Shown here: one piece after another, positions 42,158 through 51,109 of the stretch
How positions within the stretch are numbered: the stretch's first letter is position 1
How the letters are laid out: the number at the start of each line of letters is the position of its first letter
Origin: an uncultured delta proteobacterium
GTDB taxonomy: Bacteria > Myxococcota_A > Polyangia > Polyangiales > Polyangiaceae
Assembly: GCA_963696385.1 (NCBI GenBank)
Contig: CAVOKF010000001.1
Location: 1-64,000, forward strand
Reading direction: 5' to 3'
DNA: 64,000 nucleotides
Position numbers and translations under genes: made by a program
The notes under the pieces: model-generated
Seen by the model: the letters and a program-made list of their open reading frames with translations, nothing else
What the model was told of the DNA's origin: nothing
Database searches by the model: none

Positions 42158-42245
42158 TCGTGGTCGCGGACACGACGCCTCTGCTCTATTTGTCGCGCAT
42201 CGGCCGACTGAATATTGCGCAGGCGCTCGACGCGGTTCTGCTGGG
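42154..42245 (+). pseudogene. DUF3368-like PIN toxin cut off at transposon end
   Basis: MIVVADTTPLLYLSRIGRL..; interrupted at 42246 by terminal inverted repeat. Confidence 0.75.
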
Positions 42246-42403
42246 GGGCTTTGCCCATAAAGGCCGCCTCGGCCCGTCTTTTACGGGCAGCGGGCGATCT
42301 TGCCCAGAAAGTCGAGCGATGAACCGAAGCCGCCGATCTGATACGACCATTCTCTATGGCCGAGCCGCTATCGCCGGACAAGGACTGAGCGAGCGGAGTG
42401 CTA

Positions 42404-42769
42404 TCACTTCGACTTACCGGAAGAACTTGGCTGATTTTTCGGCGAAGGAGGCCGGTCGCCGATGATCTCCTCAACTCGGTACAACTCTGACGGAAGGCAC
42501 CGACCGCAGTTGCTCGTTACTGCCGCCTCGCGAGGGAAGCTAACGCCACCTCTATAGAAGTAGGTCGGCTTCGAAAGTCCGAGCACTCGGCCGGTATGGC
42601 TATTGGGGCCAATGGCAAGACACGCTTCTTGCCGTTGCGTACCCGTACCAACGACGACGAGCCACCTATCCGATTGATCCGGATCGCCATCGCGCGCCGG
42701 CATCTTGCGTACAACTATTGCCGGCCGATATTTGTCGGCTTGAACCCAAACGCAATCACCCGGCGCCAA
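42404..42769 (-). CDS. MazF/PemK-like toxin (divergent)
   Basis: PGDCVWVQADKYRPAIVV..WLVVVGT..LGLSKPTYF; TTG start overlapping upstream gene. Confidence 0.55.
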   Translation of the reverse strand: MAPGDCVWVQADKYRPAIVVRKMPARDGDPDQSDRWLVVVGTGTQRQEACLAIGPNSHTGRVLGLSKPTYFYRGGVSFPREAAVTSNCGRCLPSELYRVEEIIGDRPPSPKNQPSSSGKSK

Positions 42770-43514
42770 TGTCCGGGTCACCGAGCGGGGAGTACACATC
42801 CTTGCCGCTGGCGAAGGCTTCGCGGCGCCAGGTCTCGATCTCACCCTGATCGAAAGCGGGCTTCGTTGGTCCCTGCGCAGCCGCAATCAGGTTGGCAAGA
42901 AACTCGTTCACTCCGTCAGCGAGGTGGCGGGCGAGGGCTAGGGCGAGCCACGGTTCGAGCCTCTTCCCCAAGTTGACTGCTCTAAAGACCCCGATGGCTG
43001 CGACGATCGCCTTCGACAGCGCCAACATCGCGCGGCGCATCTCGAGCGGCGCATCGGTGTCGTAAAACATATCAACGGGCGTGTGCGTCGCACGCGCCAT
43101 CTCGCTTGGTGACGCTCGCTGAATCACCGGGACCATGGCCCTCGCAAACGAAGCCATGTGCTCCCACCCTCCGCAAAAAATCTTCATCGGCTCTTCGCCG
43201 AGCGTTCGGCGAAGAGGTGGGCTGAAGCGATCTAAAATCCAGTGACGACGACGCCGCGCCCGCTTGAGGGTCGCTTGGTTGGGCAACGACCTGACCCAGA
43301 ACGACGGGTCGCACGCGACCAGCTCCAATCGCTCCGACAAGTCGTCAACGCTTGACGCCTCCAGAACATTGTCCGCGAACGCATCGAAGTGGCACTGCAA
43401 GGCTCTCGCGGTCGCATTCGCCAAAGCACGGTCGTCCGGTCGCGGCTCGAAGAACCCCAAGAGCAGCGACAGCCCCAAGTTGTCTGCGGCAGCTACAGCG
43501 TTCATCGTCTGCAT
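42756..43514 (-). CDS. Hypothetical 252-aa helical protein, possible antitoxin
   Basis: Long ORF inside element 1, overlapping the MazF-like start. Confidence 0.6.
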   Translation of the reverse strand: MQTMNAVAAADNLGLSLLLGFFEPRPDDRALANATARALQCHFDAFADNVLEASSVDDLSERLELVACDPSFWVRSLPNQATLKRARRRRHWILDRFSPPLRRTLGEEPMKIFCGGWEHMASFARAMVPVIQRASPSEMARATHTPVDMFYDTDAPLEMRRAMLALSKAIVAAIGVFRAVNLGKRLEPWLALALARHLADGVNEFLANLIAAAQGPTKPAFDQGEIETWRREAFASGKDVYSPLGDPDIGAG

Positions 43515-43944
43515 CCGAAGTTCACGTCGTCGTGACCCACCTCAATCATGCGTCCCGCCCGTCGATCGAAGCCGGTGCATGGCGAGCGGAACGACCAGCG
43601 ACGCACTCGTAAATTTTGCCATCGCCATCGCGATTGTCGAGGGCACCGGAACGTACACGCGGTTGGCCGTTGCTATCAAGCGTTACAGAATAGAGCCACT
43701 TTCGCTCAGTGCTACGCCGCGTGCCGCTATATGACCTACGCTTGACGTTACGAATCGGCGCGACGAAAAATGTAAGCCGCAGCGTCCTACACCGCACCGT
43801 GGCGGGAACTCAGCCGGATTTTGTCTACATTGTGGGCGTCCACTAATCATTAGGCTGGACGTCCACTGGTCATACGCCGGTCATACGCGATTTATGGGCA
43901 TCGCATCGATTTTACGGGCAGGTCGCGTTTTATAGGCAAAGCCC

Positions 43945-44107
43945 CCCAGCAGGAGACGAGACGGGTACCCGTGTTGATGCGATCACCCGCGACACCCTGA
44001 GCGTTCGCTCCGCCTCGACTCGCTTCGCTCGCTCCGCTCCGCTCCCGCCGTACCACCGGGGCTCACGTCGAGGGGAGCGAAGGCCGCTCCCCTCGAGCTC
44101 CCCAGCA
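43945..44107 (+). repeat. REP-like element, copy B (tail of one unit + body of next) between the two transposons
   Basis: cccagcaggagacgagacgggtacccg followed by gatcacccgcgacaccctgagcgttcg...gagctccccagca. Confidence 0.9.
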
Positions 44108-44474
44108 GGGCTTTGCCTATAAAACGCGGCCTGCCCAGAAAAGCGGCAAGCTGCCCAGAAAAAGGCGTCGGCCGCGCCGTGTCGATAATCGACAGCAGTA
44201 GCGTGTATTGTCGGACGATGACGCTAAGTGCAACATCGCATCTAGATGTCGGAATAGTTCAATATTTCTGCGGTAAGATGTCGTAGCCATCAATTGCTGC
44301 ACAATTGATCGCCAACTTTCCGCCTACGCGAAATGGCTCAGCTCGGGGTGGTTCGCGAAACCAGGATCACGCGTGGTCATTGGCGATGTTTGAAGCTCCT
44401 GTCGTTCCTGATAGTTGCAGCTCGTCCGATCAAATCTGTGGCGCATGCGTCGATGATAGCTTATTCCATGGACC

Positions 44475-45068
44475 ATGCGATACGAGGTCCTGACAAGAGA
44501 CGGTGTCCGTATAGTGGCGTCGTCTCCAGCCGATGCCGTTGCGTTGGCGAAGGCCGTAGCAGAGGACGAGGCGGCTTCGCAGAAGAAGGCGCGCCGAGCC
44601 GTTAGTGGCTCGGCCAATGGCCACGCGCCGACCGCACCACCGGCTAACCTTTTCGAGAACGAGGACACTGAGGAGTTGAACAGCCTTGGTGCCTCCTCCG
44701 AGGTCAAGCAATACTGGACGAAGCTAAACTTGGCCCAGCGTATGGCGCTGCGTTCGATCATAAGATCTCCGAACGGCGTCGCACTGGAGGAGATTCGTTC
44801 CGCAGCCGACCTTGCGTCTACCCGCGAGACTTCTGTCTTGTTGAGCCAGTGCGCCAGAGTAGCCGGCAAATGTGGGATTAAGCTGGTCCGATCTGGCCAC
44901 GTTCGAGATCCGCGGTGCGCGCGAGCAGCGCACATCCGTCTACTTTCCAGGACCCCTACTTCGCCGGCCGGAGGAAGCACCGACATAGGCCACCAATCCG
45001 CCAGTGGCGGAATTCAGACAAAGAAAAGCCGCGACAACATTAGAGTTTGCGGGCCGGTGGCGAAGTAG
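44475..45068 (+). CDS. Hypothetical protein, possible winged-helix C-terminus
   Basis: YWTKLNLAQRMALRSIIRSPNGVALEEIRSAADL; atypical codon usage. Confidence 0.5.
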   Translation: MRYEVLTRDGVRIVASSPADAVALAKAVAEDEAASQKKARRAVSGSANGHAPTAPPANLFENEDTEELNSLGASSEVKQYWTKLNLAQRMALRSIIRSPNGVALEEIRSAADLASTRETSVLLSQCARVAGKCGIKLVRSGHVRDPRCARAAHIRLLSRTPTSPAGGSTDIGHQSASGGIQTKKSRDNIRVCGPVAK

Positions 45069-45349
45069 GAACGCGTCGGAGCTGCCACTCCGATACGAAT
45101 CGGTGCGATCCCGATCCGGCCCTTTTCACTCAGTTATCGCGGCTTTACGGCCCGGACGGGGTACGGCCGAGACGTTTCGCAGCAGAACGCCTTGTTTCGT
45201 AGCACGCCCTCCGCACGGGCGCTCGAAAACCGCGTGCGTGCGGAGAGGAAAGGTGTGTTGTGCGGTCACATGACCGAACGTTATTACGGATAAGTTGAGA
45301 TCCAAGATGTAATCCGGCCCGGTTCGGCGAAAGCCTTGAGCCGGGCGGT

Positions 45350-45544
45350 TCACTTGTCTGCCTTTCGCTCTGCTTTGGCGGCGCGGATCAGGCGCTCGAC
45401 AGCCCACGCGCTGACAGTGATGCCCGCCGACGAGGCAGCTTCCTTGACGAGCGCGTCTTGGTCCGGCGTCAGCCGAACGCGAAGGAAGACGGTACGCCTT
45501 GCCTCGTCTGGCTTTCGCCGTTCGATCGCCTTGGACTTCGCCAG
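45350..45544 (-). pseudogene. DUF1778/RHH-like DNA-binding protein lacking its start codon
   Basis: (L)AKSKAIERRKPDEARRTVFLRVRLTPDQDALVKEAASSAGITVSAWAVERLIRAAKAE..*; not in the ORF track. Confidence 0.65.
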
Positions 45545-46691
45545 AGCGGCGCGGCTGACGGTTACGTCGTGGACGTCGCGGTCGGCAAGTGCTCATGCCC
45601 CGACCACGAGACGCGGGCGGTCAAGTGCAAGCACCAATGGGCCGTGGAGTTCGTTCAGAAGCAGACGACGATCGAGACGATGACGAACGCGGATGGTACG
45701 TCGACGGTCCGCGAGACGACGCGCGAGGTGCGGGTGAAGTACACCCAGAATTGGCCAGCGTATAACGCAGCCCAGACGACCGAGAAGGAACACGTCGGCC
45801 GGCTTCTGCGCGCGCTTTGTGATGGCATCCAAGAGCCACCGCAGGCGCGTGGTCGCCCTCGTCTGCCGCTCGCCGACGTCGTCCACGCCGCCGCGATGAA
45901 AGTCTACGTTGGCATGTCCGGTCGGCGCGCCTCGACAGACGTCCGGGAATGCGCGGAGAAGGGCTTGATCGCGCACGCCCCGCATTACAACGCCGTGTTT
46001 TCGTATCTCGAACGCGCCGAACTTTTCCCGCTTCTCAAGACGCTAGTGGAAGAGAGCGCGTCGCCGCTCAAAGTGGCAGAGCGGAGCTTCGCCGTCGATT
46101 CGACGGGCTTCGCGACGAGCACGTATGCGCGATGGTTCGATCACAAGTGCGGGCGCGAGATCAAGGAGCAACGCTGGATCAAGTGCCACGCGATGGTCGG
46201 CGTCGCCACGAACGTCGTAACGAGCATTGAAGTGACTGACGGCGCTTCCGCCGATTGCCCGCAGCTGCCGAGGCTCGTCGCCGCGACGGCGCGGAACTTC
46301 ACAATCGCGGAATGTGAGCGCCGACAAAGCGTATCTCGCGCGAGCCAACATCGACGCGATCGAAGCTGTCGGCGCCGTGCCTTACATCCCGTTCAAATCG
46401 AACTCGAAGGGCGACGGTCCCGCAGCGTGGCGCCGAATGTTCGCGCTCTTCACGCTCGAGCGTGAGCGCTTCCTATCGCGCTATCACGCTCGGTCGAACG
46501 TCGAGACGTCGTTCTCAGCGATCAAGCGGCTCTTCGGCGGCGCGGTGCGCGCGAAACTCCCGACGTCGCAGAAGAACGAGGTGCTTCTGAAGTGCCTCGT
46601 GTTCAACCTGACGTGCCTCGTCCACGCGATGCACGAGCTTGGGATCGAACCGACGTTCGGGCCAATCGAGAACGCGAGGTTAGCGTCGTGA
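45542..46691 (+). pseudogene. SWIM zinc-finger + DDE transposase (IS5/IS4-like), 5'-truncated and frameshifted near 46313
   Basis: CSCPDH..CKH SWIM; AVDSTGF, SADKAY, YHARSNVETSFSAIKR; extra T in gcggaaTgtgagc. Confidence 0.88.
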
Positions 46692-46999
46692 GCGACCTGA
46701 CGGAGGATCAGCAGGAGAACGTCCGCGCCGCGCTCCGATTCTTTCGGACGCGATCGGGAAGCTGGGAGCCCATCGGCCGCGCGCTCGGGTTCGGAAAGAT
46801 GACGCTTTCGCTCGTCGCGAGCGGAAACAAGCCCGTCAGCCCGAAGATGGCGTTCCGCGTGGCGAAGCTGGCAGGCGTCGGCGTGGATGACGTGCTCGCC
46901 GGGGAGTTCCCAGCGCCAGGGACGTGCCCGATGTGCGGGTATCACAGAATCAAGGGCGCCGAAGATTTTGGCGGAGCGTTGATCCACGTCGAGACGTAG
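46688..46999 (+). CDS. XRE-like HTH protein with CxxC
   Basis: GTGA coupling to transposase; IGRALGFGKMTLSLVASG..VSPKMAFRVAKLAGVGVDDVL, CPMCG. Confidence 0.75.
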   Translation: MSDLTEDQQENVRAALRFFRTRSGSWEPIGRALGFGKMTLSLVASGNKPVSPKMAFRVAKLAGVGVDDVLAGEFPAPGTCPMCGYHRIKGAEDFGGALIHVET

Positions 47000-47001
47000 C
47001 G

Positions 47002-47544
47002 TTAGTTCGACACCGCACCGCTACCCGGATCAGTGGGCGTGATGGACACGTTTTTAGTGAATTCGCTGATGATTTTGTATTTGCTCTGCAGGCGCCACAA
47101 TGCGATTCGCGCAACCGCATAGTAGCTCGACATGAGAAGGACGCAGAGAACGATGGGCCCAGTAGCCATCGCAAGCACGATCAAGGTCCACGTCCATGGG
47201 GCCAACCGCGAGCACTCCCTCTCGCCGTTGACGGCCGCGCATACCAAGAGCAGGATCAGACCGATCACGCATATGACAGCCAATACGAGACATGTCCGCT
47301 GGCACCACGACGTGCGCCGCTCCAGTTTCGCTGGCACCACTGCAATCTTCGCGGTCTCATTCTGAATGGCCGCCGAGTCGCTCGTGAATCGGTCAAGCAC
47401 GATGGCCCTCAGACCATCGGCCGTGGCGACGAGGGAGGCCCTCACGCGAGCCGTAATAAAGCCTCTATAATGCTCCAAAATTCCGAACGCAAAATTGACC
47501 GCGATACCCGCATCCGCGAGGTGGGTCAGAGATTCGATTCGCAC
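47002..47544 (-). CDS. Membrane protein with two strong TM helices
   Basis: LVLAVICVIGLILLLVCAAV and WTWTLIVLAMATGPIVLCVLLM; lower GC. Confidence 0.7.
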   Translation of the reverse strand: MRIESLTHLADAGIAVNFAFGILEHYRGFITARVRASLVATADGLRAIVLDRFTSDSAAIQNETAKIAVVPAKLERRTSWCQRTCLVLAVICVIGLILLLVCAAVNGERECSRLAPWTWTLIVLAMATGPIVLCVLLMSSYYAVARIALWRLQSKYKIISEFTKNVSITPTDPGSGAVSN

Positions 47545-47591
47545 CCTTCGTCTGCCCCCTCTCGTATGCCAGGGCGTAGCCCGTGCGTGAA

Positions 47592-48197
47592 CTAGATGGC
47601 TCCGGCAACCGGCAGCATAGCTGGATGTGCCATTACAAACGCGCGGTCGAATGTAGAAGCAAGTTCGGACGCCACGCGGGGCTCGTTGAAGTTTGCGATT
47701 GCGGACGTGCTCGAATGATCGGTCTCGAATCTGTACCCGACGCTGTCCATGACAGCGATGTGCTTCGCCGCGTTCGTAGCATATGCGCCACGCGCGAATC
47801 GAACGAGCAAGCCTGTGGATCCGCCATGCAAACTGGTCGCCGCCTTGATTAGCGGGCGCTCCAAGAGATCGGCTAGCGTGTTCTGGATGAGAATCTTCAG
47901 CGTTGCGCCAGGCTTCCTTAGAAATCGCGTGGCCGCCTCAATGAGAAACGGCGCGTTGTACGTGCTTGGCGACAGCGAGCCCGTGAAGATGCGCATGTCA
48001 GATGTTGCGCGTTCGAACATTGCTTCCAGCAGGATGGCCGCATGGATTGGCTTCCCGTTCGGGATGCGTTGGTCGATCTGACCCGTTGCGAGTTTGAAGA
48101 TCAGCTTTCGGTACTCGATGACCTCTGGCGCTTGTAGAGCCTGCGCCATCTCAGCCAGTTCGCGCCGAACCTCCGATGGATCTCGTTCGTGCGCCAT
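47592..48197 (-). CDS. Hypothetical protein with PLD-like/TrmB-sensor-like fold, no canonical HKD
   Basis: FERATSDMRIFTGSL..LKILIQ..HIAVMDSVGYRFE..ANFNEP..A..L...FD; GGGAG RBS. Confidence 0.6.
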   Translation of the reverse strand: MAHERDPSEVRRELAEMAQALQAPEVIEYRKLIFKLATGQIDQRIPNGKPIHAAILLEAMFERATSDMRIFTGSLSPSTYNAPFLIEAATRFLRKPGATLKILIQNTLADLLERPLIKAATSLHGGSTGLLVRFARGAYATNAAKHIAVMDSVGYRFETDHSSTSAIANFNEPRVASELASTFDRAFVMAHPAMLPVAGAI

Positions 48198-48501
48198 TGC
48201 TCCCAATCCTCTCTGCGTCCGCCGATCGCGAACGGTTTGCTTATACCATGCCATACGGCCGTCAAGATGCCCCCAAGAAGGGGGCCCATCGCGCGTAGCA
48301 ATGTTCGAGCGCACTTAGCTGAAAAGGCCAAGTAATTGAACATTTTACGCGCATAGATCGCAATCGCATCCTTCTGGATGCTGAGGCGCCCGGCGCGCCC
48401 GGCCGCGCGAGGTCATCCGGACCAACGGCGCGCCAAAGAAGGCTGGGTAGCGACCCGATCCGCGACGAGGTTCGTGATCGGCCACTTCTGAAATTGCTCA
48501 G

Positions 48502-48699
48502 TCACGGACCTGGAAGGCGACGGTCGATCTCGTCGGCAAACTCCTTCAGCTTGCCCTGGACGATCGGGTTCGTATGGTCATCCTTCATCTTGTCTAGCTG
48601 ACAATGCATCCGCAGCGACATGAAGCCGGCCAGCAGATCGCTCGTCTTGAACGTCCGAGGGTCCCACGCGGATATCGTCTTCTTGTATTCTTCGCTCAT
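48502..48699 (-). CDS. Small hypothetical protein
   Basis: 65-aa ORF inside element 2. Confidence 0.4.
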   Translation of the reverse strand: MSEEYKKTISAWDPRTFKTSDLLAGFMSLRMHCQLDKMKDDHTNPIVQGKLKEFADEIDRRLPGP

Positions 48700-48845
48700 C
48701 GTGCGAGCGTACCCGTGGGAATGATTTCGGCCTCCTCCACCGGCAGCATCTGCCGCGAATCGCTCCTCGGTCGATCAGCCTTTCTGGGCAAAATCGCCCG
48801 CTGCCCGTAAAAGACGGGCGGAGGCGGCCTTTATGGGCAAAGCCC

Positions 48846-49086
48846 CTGCTGGGCCTGCTGGGGAGCTCGAGGGGAGCGGCATTCGCTCCCCTCGACGTGT
48901 AGCGGGCCCCGGTACGGCGGGAGCGGAGCCGAGCGAGCGAAGCGAGTCGAGGCGGAGCGAACGCTCAGGGTGTCGCGGGTGATCGCAAGGCCGTGCGAAC
49001 GCTCAGGGTGTCGCGGGTGATCGCAAGGCCGTGCGAACGCTCAGGGTGTCGCGGGTGATCGCAAGGCCGTGCGAACGCTCAGGGTG
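48846..49086 (-). repeat. REP-like element, copy C (reverse) with 38-bp tandem expansion
   Basis: gcgaacgctcagggtgtcgcgggtgatcgcaaggccgt x3 at 48957, 48995, 49033 plus partial; no spacers. Confidence 0.9.
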
Positions 49087-51109
49087 AGCCGGGTGACCTG
49101 GGACTTAGCGCCACCCCGCGGAAGTATTCCGTGCCGCCCGCGCTGGCGACGGCGACGACGCTCGATGTCCCGTTCCAGGGATTGGACACGCCGTCGTCCG
49201 TGAATACGGCAATTCGGTTGGGAATCTCGGCGGCCGTGGTCGCGATGAGCGTGACCTGCGAGCTGCCGGTCTTCAACCCTGCAAGACCTCGAAAGCCGAC
49301 CGCCGCCGCTCCGCCGTCGGCCGACGGCAGCGTCAGCGTCGCAGTTTGCGTCCACGTCCCTGCGACGAGGGAGAATCGTGCGATCCCCAGGGCCTGACCG
49401 CTGACGAGTGTGTCGTCGGCGACGTACAGGGTGTCCGGCCCTGAGCCGCTTGCCCTCAGGTTGACGAAGACGAATTGCCAGGGGCTCGCCGACGTCGACG
49501 ACACGGTCGGTAGGCCCGGCAGTGTGGCGAGCGCCGGCGAGCCGCCGTCGGGCAAACCCGCACCGACCGAGAACACTTCGCCGGCCGTCGTGTCGCCGCT
49601 GCCGTAGAGCTGACTGTCGTAAATGGTCAGCAGGCGGACCGCGGTCGGGTTGAGCATCATGCCGTCGACGACGCCGAACGGGATGTACCAGATGCCACCG
49701 GTCGTTCCTCCGTCGACCGTGCCACCGAGACCGCCCACCCAGAAAGAAGTCCCGTCGGCCGTGACGGAGCTGCGGATGCTGTTCGCACCGTGGAATGCGG
49801 CACTCGAGAATTGCGTCGAGGTGTCCACGTTTCCGGCCGAGTCGATGCGTGCGACGACGATCGTATCCGCCGAATTGGCGGGATTGGCCGTGCCGAGCGC
49901 GGCGTTGTAGCCGGCCATGGAGAGGTACCGGCCGTCCTGCGATCGGGACAGGCCTGCAATCGCAGCGATTCCAGGCATCGTGAGCAGGTCCTGTCCGGCA
50001 TCGGGGACTCCCGTTGGCAGTGCGACGGGGGCCCCCACGAGTCCGCCATCGGACACGAGGCGCTGCTCGATGAAGACGGGGGCCGCGACGGCCGTCAGGA
50101 CTCCGCCGTCGGTCGCACCGATTCGCACGACGTCGAACGTGAACGGAACGCAGGCTCCGGCGCCGTTGCAGATGTCGCCCGCCCCGCACGACGTTCCCTC
50201 GGCCGTCTCGGCAACGCCGCACAGACCCCCGGTACAGGTCGGGACCGAGCAGATCGTGTCTTGCCCGGGACAGTCCGACGCCACAGCGCACTGGGGCTCG
50301 CAGGCGATCGTGGCGGACAGTGAAGTGAATGCCACACCCGTACACGCACCACTATCGACCAGGCCGATGCTCACGGTCACGGTCACCGTGGTGCCCGGAG
50401 TCGAGCATAGGAACTCCGGCGCCAGGGACGTAGCGCCCGGCCCGCCGTCGACGGGGTTCACGAAGCTGCCGCCGGTCGGCGGAGTCACGCTCCATTCGAC
50501 GGTCGAGGGGGCGCTGGCCAGGACGCCGAGCTGCGCGCCCTGGCCGACCGCGAGTGCGGCCGGATTGATTGAAAAGGAGGCGATGGCGGGGCAGAGGATG
50601 GGGGGCTGGTTCACCAGGATGACGCCGGCGTCGACCGCGAACGAGCCGGTCTGGATGTCGGCGTTGAGGCTGGCGTCGGTCGGAACGGTACAGGTGACGA
50701 GGAGGGCGACGTTCGTGATCTGACCCGCCACGACCCCGAATGGGTTCGAGGATCCCGCGCAAGGATCACCCTCGCTGTCGACGCCGAAAACGGAAATCGT
50801 GTAGCCGGATCCCGCAGCGATGCCTCCGGCGACGAATTCGACCGATTGTGCGTCGCCGATCGGTTCGACTCCGCTGTACGAGTTCGGTCCCGAGATCGTC
50901 CAACCCAGCGACGCCAAGGTGACCTGGGTGCCGATCGTCAAAGTCGCACCGACCGCCCCGGTATCGCCTCCGAGGCCCGGGTGGCCGCTGCCGGTCGTGC
51001 CCGTCGGATTGCCTCGATCCGGGGTCCCTTCGCGTGGGCTCGAACAGGCGAGAAACAACGCCCCTGCCATCATCAGCGAAGCGAAGAAGACCTTGGCGAG
51101 TCGTGTCAT
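49079..51109 (-). CDS. Large lipoprotein with Cys-rich repeat and beta-rich C-terminal domain
   Basis: MTRLAKVFFASLMMAGALFLAC lipobox; C..ASDCP..C..PTC..G.C..GTSC..CNGAGAC. Confidence 0.8.
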   Translation of the reverse strand: MTRLAKVFFASLMMAGALFLACSSPREGTPDRGNPTGTTGSGHPGLGGDTGAVGATLTIGTQVTLASLGWTISGPNSYSGVEPIGDAQSVEFVAGGIAAGSGYTISVFGVDSEGDPCAGSSNPFGVVAGQITNVALLVTCTVPTDASLNADIQTGSFAVDAGVILVNQPPILCPAIASFSINPAALAVGQGAQLGVLASAPSTVEWSVTPPTGGSFVNPVDGGPGATSLAPEFLCSTPGTTVTVTVSIGLVDSGACTGVAFTSLSATIACEPQCAVASDCPGQDTICSVPTCTGGLCGVAETAEGTSCGAGDICNGAGACVPFTFDVVRIGATDGGVLTAVAAPVFIEQRLVSDGGLVGAPVALPTGVPDAGQDLLTMPGIAAIAGLSRSQDGRYLSMAGYNAALGTANPANSADTIVVARIDSAGNVDTSTQFSSAAFHGANSIRSSVTADGTSFWVGGLGGTVDGGTTGGIWYIPFGVVDGMMLNPTAVRLLTIYDSQLYGSGDTTAGEVFSVGAGLPDGGSPALATLPGLPTVSSTSASPWQFVFVNLRASGSGPDTLYVADDTLVSGQALGIARFSLVAGTWTQTATLTLPSADGGAAAVGFRGLAGLKTGSSQVTLIATTAAEIPNRIAVFTDDGVSNPWNGTSSVVAVASAGGTEYFRGVALSPRSPGSP

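Larger units (their letters stand above)
42246..43944 (+). mobile_element. Non-autonomous cargo transposon (element 1)
   Basis: Left end GGGCTTTGCCCATAAAGG, right end TTTTATAGGCAAAGCCC, three TGCCYRKAAA motifs per end; no transposase inside. Confidence 0.85.
44108..48845. mobile_element. Cargo-carrying IS5/IS4-superfamily-like transposon (element 2), inverted relative to element 1
   Basis: Ends GGGCTTTGCCTATAAAACGCG and CCTTTATGGGCAAAGCCC; last ~66 bp are a near-perfect inverse of 42246-42311; contains DDE transposase and passenger genes. Confidence 0.88.

Noticed and set aside
46300..46325. Programmed frameshift in the transposase
   Set aside because: No slippery run; a single extra T just before the catalytic ADKAY motif looks like a mutation or error.
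48957..49086. 38-bp repeats as a CRISPR array
   Set aside because: Units are head-to-tail with no spacers, belong to the REP-like element, and no cas genes are present.
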